Source of the DNA: an uncultured Methanosarcinales archaeon
Lineage (GTDB): Archaea > Nanobdellota > Nanobdellia > Woesearchaeales > ARS49
NCBI GenBank assembly: GCA_964550175.1
Contig: CAZJXP010000001.1
Span: 322,774 to 386,773 of the forward strand
Reading direction: 5' to 3'
Length of the DNA stretch: 64,000 nucleotides
A program made the translations under genes and the position numbers. This document shows, in pieces, positions 61,335 through 64,000 of the stretch. Numbering within the stretch: position 1 is the first letter of the stretch; each line of letters opens with the position of its first letter. The notes below the pieces were generated by a model. It was not told the origin of the DNA. It saw nothing but the letters and a program-made list of their open reading frames with translations, and searched no databases.

Positions 61335-61715
61335 TCATTCCCTGCCGTTGATTCGCGCCGCGCCGTCAGCGATGCGCTGGAAGAAGTCCTGCGGCGTCTG
61401 CTTCCCTTTGATGCACTTCTCAAGCCCGCTGTCAACATAGACGTTGATTTGCTTCTTGACATTGTGATAATCAAGCAAAGACCCCTGGGCTACGGCAGCA
61501 GCATACCTTTGAAGCTCGCGGTCTTCTTTTGCTTTGCTCAAGATAACAATGGCCGCGAATACACGGACATCCTTGGCCTGGGCAAGCTGGTCATCCGTGA
61601 ACCGCTTCAGCATCGGAACAAGCACTTCGGCCCGACCGTAAAGTCCCTTGCGGGAAGGCAGTCCCTCAAGAAGCTCCGCAATATTCGGAATAATCTCAGT
61701 CTCATGCCCATCCAT
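61335..61715 (-). CDS. Hypothetical helical protein (126 aa)
   Basis: ORF. Confidence 0.4.
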   Translation of the reverse strand: MDGHETEIIPNIAELLEGLPSRKGLYGRAEVLVPMLKRFTDDQLAQAKDVRVFAAIVILSKAKEDRELQRYAAAVAQGSLLDYHNVKKQINVYVDSGLEKCIKGKQTPQDFFQRIADGAARINGRE

Positions 61716-61797
61716 GCAGGAATTATTCCTGAATCCTTCTTAAATATTTCCCTCGCAACCTTTAAATACCGATAAACCCGTTTTCAGTCTGAAAAAG

Positions 61798-64000
61798 ATG
61801 GTGGCCCGCGACAACAAGTTCGTTCTCTGGTTCGATGAGCTCGCTATTGAAGACATTCCGTTGGTGGGCGGCAAGAACGCGTCATTAGGTGAAATGTACC
61901 GGTTGCTCACGCCCAAAGGCGTCCGCATCCCGAACGGGTTCGCAATCACGGCGCACGCGTACCGATACCTTCTCGAAAAAGCGAACCTCGGGCCGGCCAT
62001 CAAAGCCATCCTCAAAGACTTGAACGTCAAGGACATGCGCAACCTGGCCGAACGCGGACAGAAAATCCGCGAACTCATCCACCACGCCGAATTCCCGGAA
62101 GAGCTGAAATCAATCATTTCCGACTCCTACCACGCGCTGTGCAAAGACTACGGGCCGAACACGGACGTGGCGGTCCGCTCGTCCGCGACAGCCGAAGACT
62201 TGCCTGACGCCAGTTTTGCGGGCCAGCAAGAGACATTCCTCAACATCCGCGGAACTGAAGACTTGTTGGAAGCCTGCCGAAAATGCTTCGCCTCACTGTT
62301 CACCAATCGGGCCATCGCCTACCGCGTCGAAAAGAAATTCGACCACTTTAAAGTCGCCCTGAGCATCGGCGTGCAAAAAATGGTGCGCTCAGACATGGCA
62401 TGCTCGGGCGTCATGTTCACCGTGGACACGGAAACCGGATTCAAGGACGTCGTGTTCGTAACCGCGAGCTACGGGCTCGGCGAGAACATCGTCCAAGGGG
62501 CCGTCAACCCGGACGAATACTTCGTGCACAAGCCGACGCTCAAAGATGGATTTAAGCCGATTGTGAAAAAATCTCTTGGCGAAAAGACCATCAAGATGAT
62601 TTACACCGAAGAGGGCACGAAGACGACGAAGAACGTGCCCGTAGCGATTGGAGATAGACGAAAGTTCTGTTTGAACGACGAAGAAATTCTGTTACTTGCC
62701 AACTGGGGCTGCATCATCGAAGACCACTACACCCACAAGAAAGGGCACTGGAGCCCAATGGACATCGAATGGGCGAAGGACGGACGCACAAATCAATTAT
62801 TCATCGTGCAAGCCCGACCGGAGACCATCCAAAGCAGACGCAATCAAAGCATCATCGAAGAATACCGGCTCAAAGGAAAAGGGACTGTGCTGTGCCAAGG
62901 AAAGAGCGTCGGCAGCAAAATCGCTGCTGGAACGGCTCAAGTCTTGCACGAAGCCAAAGACATCCGGCATTTTACTCCTGGCGATGTACTTGTCACGGAA
63001 ATGACCGACCCTGACTGGGTGCCCATCATGCGCGTCGCGAAAGCAATCGTGACGAACCGAGGCGGAAGAACGTGCCATGCGGCCATCGTTTCGCGCGAGC
63101 TTGGAATTCCTTGCGTGGTCGGCACAAACGACGCTACAGAGCGAATAAAGTCAGGACAAAAAGTCACCGTGAGCTGCGCCGAAGGAGAGGACGGACGGGT
63201 TTATTCTGGACTGATTCCGTTCGAAAAGAAAGTCATCGACGCCAGCAAACTAGCCAAGCCCAAAACAAAAATCATGATGAACGTCGGCAACCCGGACGAG
63301 GCGTTCAACCTCAGCTTCATCCCGAACGACGGCGTCGGGCTGGCGAGAATGGAGTTCATCATCATCAACAACATCCGCGTACATCCGATGGCGCTCATCC
63401 ATTTCAACAAGCTCACCGATGAAAAAGTCAAATCAGAAATCGAAGAGATAACGCGCGGCTACAAGAACAAGCCCGACTTCTTCGTGGACAAGCTCGCTGA
63501 GGGAATCGCCACCATCGGCGCGGCGTTCTACCCTAAAGATGTCATCGTCAGAATGAGCGACTTCAAGACGAACGAATACGCCGGCTTGATCGGCGGCACG
63601 CAGTTCGAGCCGAAGGAAGAGAACCCGATGATTGGCTGGCGAGGGGCGTCACGCTACTACAAAGAGGGCTACCAAGAAGGATTCGCGTTAGAATGCACAG
63701 CTATCAAGAAAGTCCGCGACGAGATGGGACTCACCAATGTCAAGGTCATGATTCCCTTTTGCCGCACGATCAAGGAAGGAAAGAACGTCTTGAATGTCAT
63801 GAGCTCCCACGGATTGGTGCGGCACAAGAATGGGCTGCAGGTGTACGTCATGTGCGAAATCCCGGCAAACGTAATTTTGGCGGAACAGTTCGGCGAAATC
63901 TTCGACGGATTCAGCATCGGCTCGAACGATTTAACGCAACTTACTTTAGGGGTTGACCGCGACTCGGCGTTAGTGGCGGACGTCTACGACGAACGCAACG
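61798..64000 (+). CDS. ppsA: Phosphoenolpyruvate synthase (PEP synthase), N-terminal ~730 aa; continues beyond the window end
   Basis: DIPLVGGKNASLGEM and TAEDLPDASFAGQQETF motifs; phosphohistidine region RGGRTCHAAIVSRELGIPCVVG. Missed by the ORF track because it is open at the edge. Confidence 0.9.
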   Translation, partial: MVARDNKFVLWFDELAIEDIPLVGGKNASLGEMYRLLTPKGVRIPNGFAITAHAYRYLLEKANLGPAIKAILKDLNVKDMRNLAERGQKIRELIHHAEFPEELKSIISDSYHALCKDYGPNTDVAVRSSATAEDLPDASFAGQQETFLNIRGTEDLLEACRKCFASLFTNRAIAYRVEKKFDHFKVALSIGVQKMVRSDMACSGVMFTVDTETGFKDVVFVTASYGLGENIVQGAVNPDEYFVHKPTLKDGFKPIVKKSLGEKTIKMIYTEEGTKTTKNVPVAIGDRRKFCLNDEEILLLANWGCIIEDHYTHKKGHWSPMDIEWAKDGRTNQLFIVQARPETIQSRRNQSIIEEYRLKGKGTVLCQGKSVGSKIAAGTAQVLHEAKDIRHFTPGDVLVTEMTDPDWVPIMRVAKAIVTNRGGRTCHAAIVSRELGIPCVVGTNDATERIKSGQKVTVSCAEGEDGRVYSGLIPFEKKVIDASKLAKPKTKIMMNVGNPDEAFNLSFIPNDGVGLARMEFIIINNIRVHPMALIHFNKLTDEKVKSEIEEITRGYKNKPDFFVDKLAEGIATIGAAFYPKDVIVRMSDFKTNEYAGLIGGTQFEPKEENPMIGWRGASRYYKEGYQEGFALECTAIKKVRDEMGLTNVKVMIPFCRTIKEGKNVLNVMSSHGLVRHKNGLQVYVMCEIPANVILAEQFGEIFDGFSIGSNDLTQLTLGVDRDSALVADVYDERN

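Overview
This looks like a 64-kb stretch of an archaeal chromosome, probably a small-genome or DPANN-like lineage, with about 55-58% GC outside one AT-rich island. The lineage call rests on archaeal-type 16S and 23S sequence, archaeal ribosomal proteins (L37e, L41e, S24e, S27ae, L1/P0/P1), RNA polymerase subunits (RpoE', Spt4, RpoL), LonB, prefoldin, a PAC2 chaperone, Kae1 and a class I CCA enzyme. Outside the accessory regions the genes are tightly packed; the accessory regions are the AT-rich island at ~20.1-23.3 kb and a gene-poor segment at 39.1-43.3 kb. Landmarks in order: a partial surface or S-layer-like protein; tRNA-Leu; the LSm-L37e operon; FtsY-prefoldin alpha; ScpA; a tRNA cluster (Val, an intron-containing Ile with a UAU anticodon, Gly, Glu); two tandem cysteine-rich secreted paralogs beside a DsbB-like/thioredoxin-like pair; and a 16S-tRNA-Ala-23S operon whose 23S carries a ~400-nt intron. 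Immediately 3' of the rRNA operon sits a ~3.2-kb AT-rich island (ClpP-fold protein, RHH protein, Dam-type methyltransferase). It is followed by a Cas4-like nuclease, a RelE-type toxin/antitoxin pair, Kae1, malic enzyme, LonB and a second Cas4-like nuclease. Further on are a 1.4-kb gene-poor stretch and three wHTH/coiled-coil regulator genes bounded by a perfect 17-bp inverted repeat, then RsmE-RpoL-UppS followed by an operon of five small two-helix membrane proteins. The window ends with the L1-P0-P1 operon, the RpoE'-Spt4-S24e-S27ae operon, the CCA enzyme and a partial PEP synthase. The most striking sequence-level signal is a family of ~80-120-bp intergenic palindromic elements with terminal inverted repeats CTTTTTACCGSC..GNTTGG / CCAANC..GSCGGTAAAAAG. 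I count at least 18 full or partial copies, in almost every intergenic spacer regardless of gene orientation.
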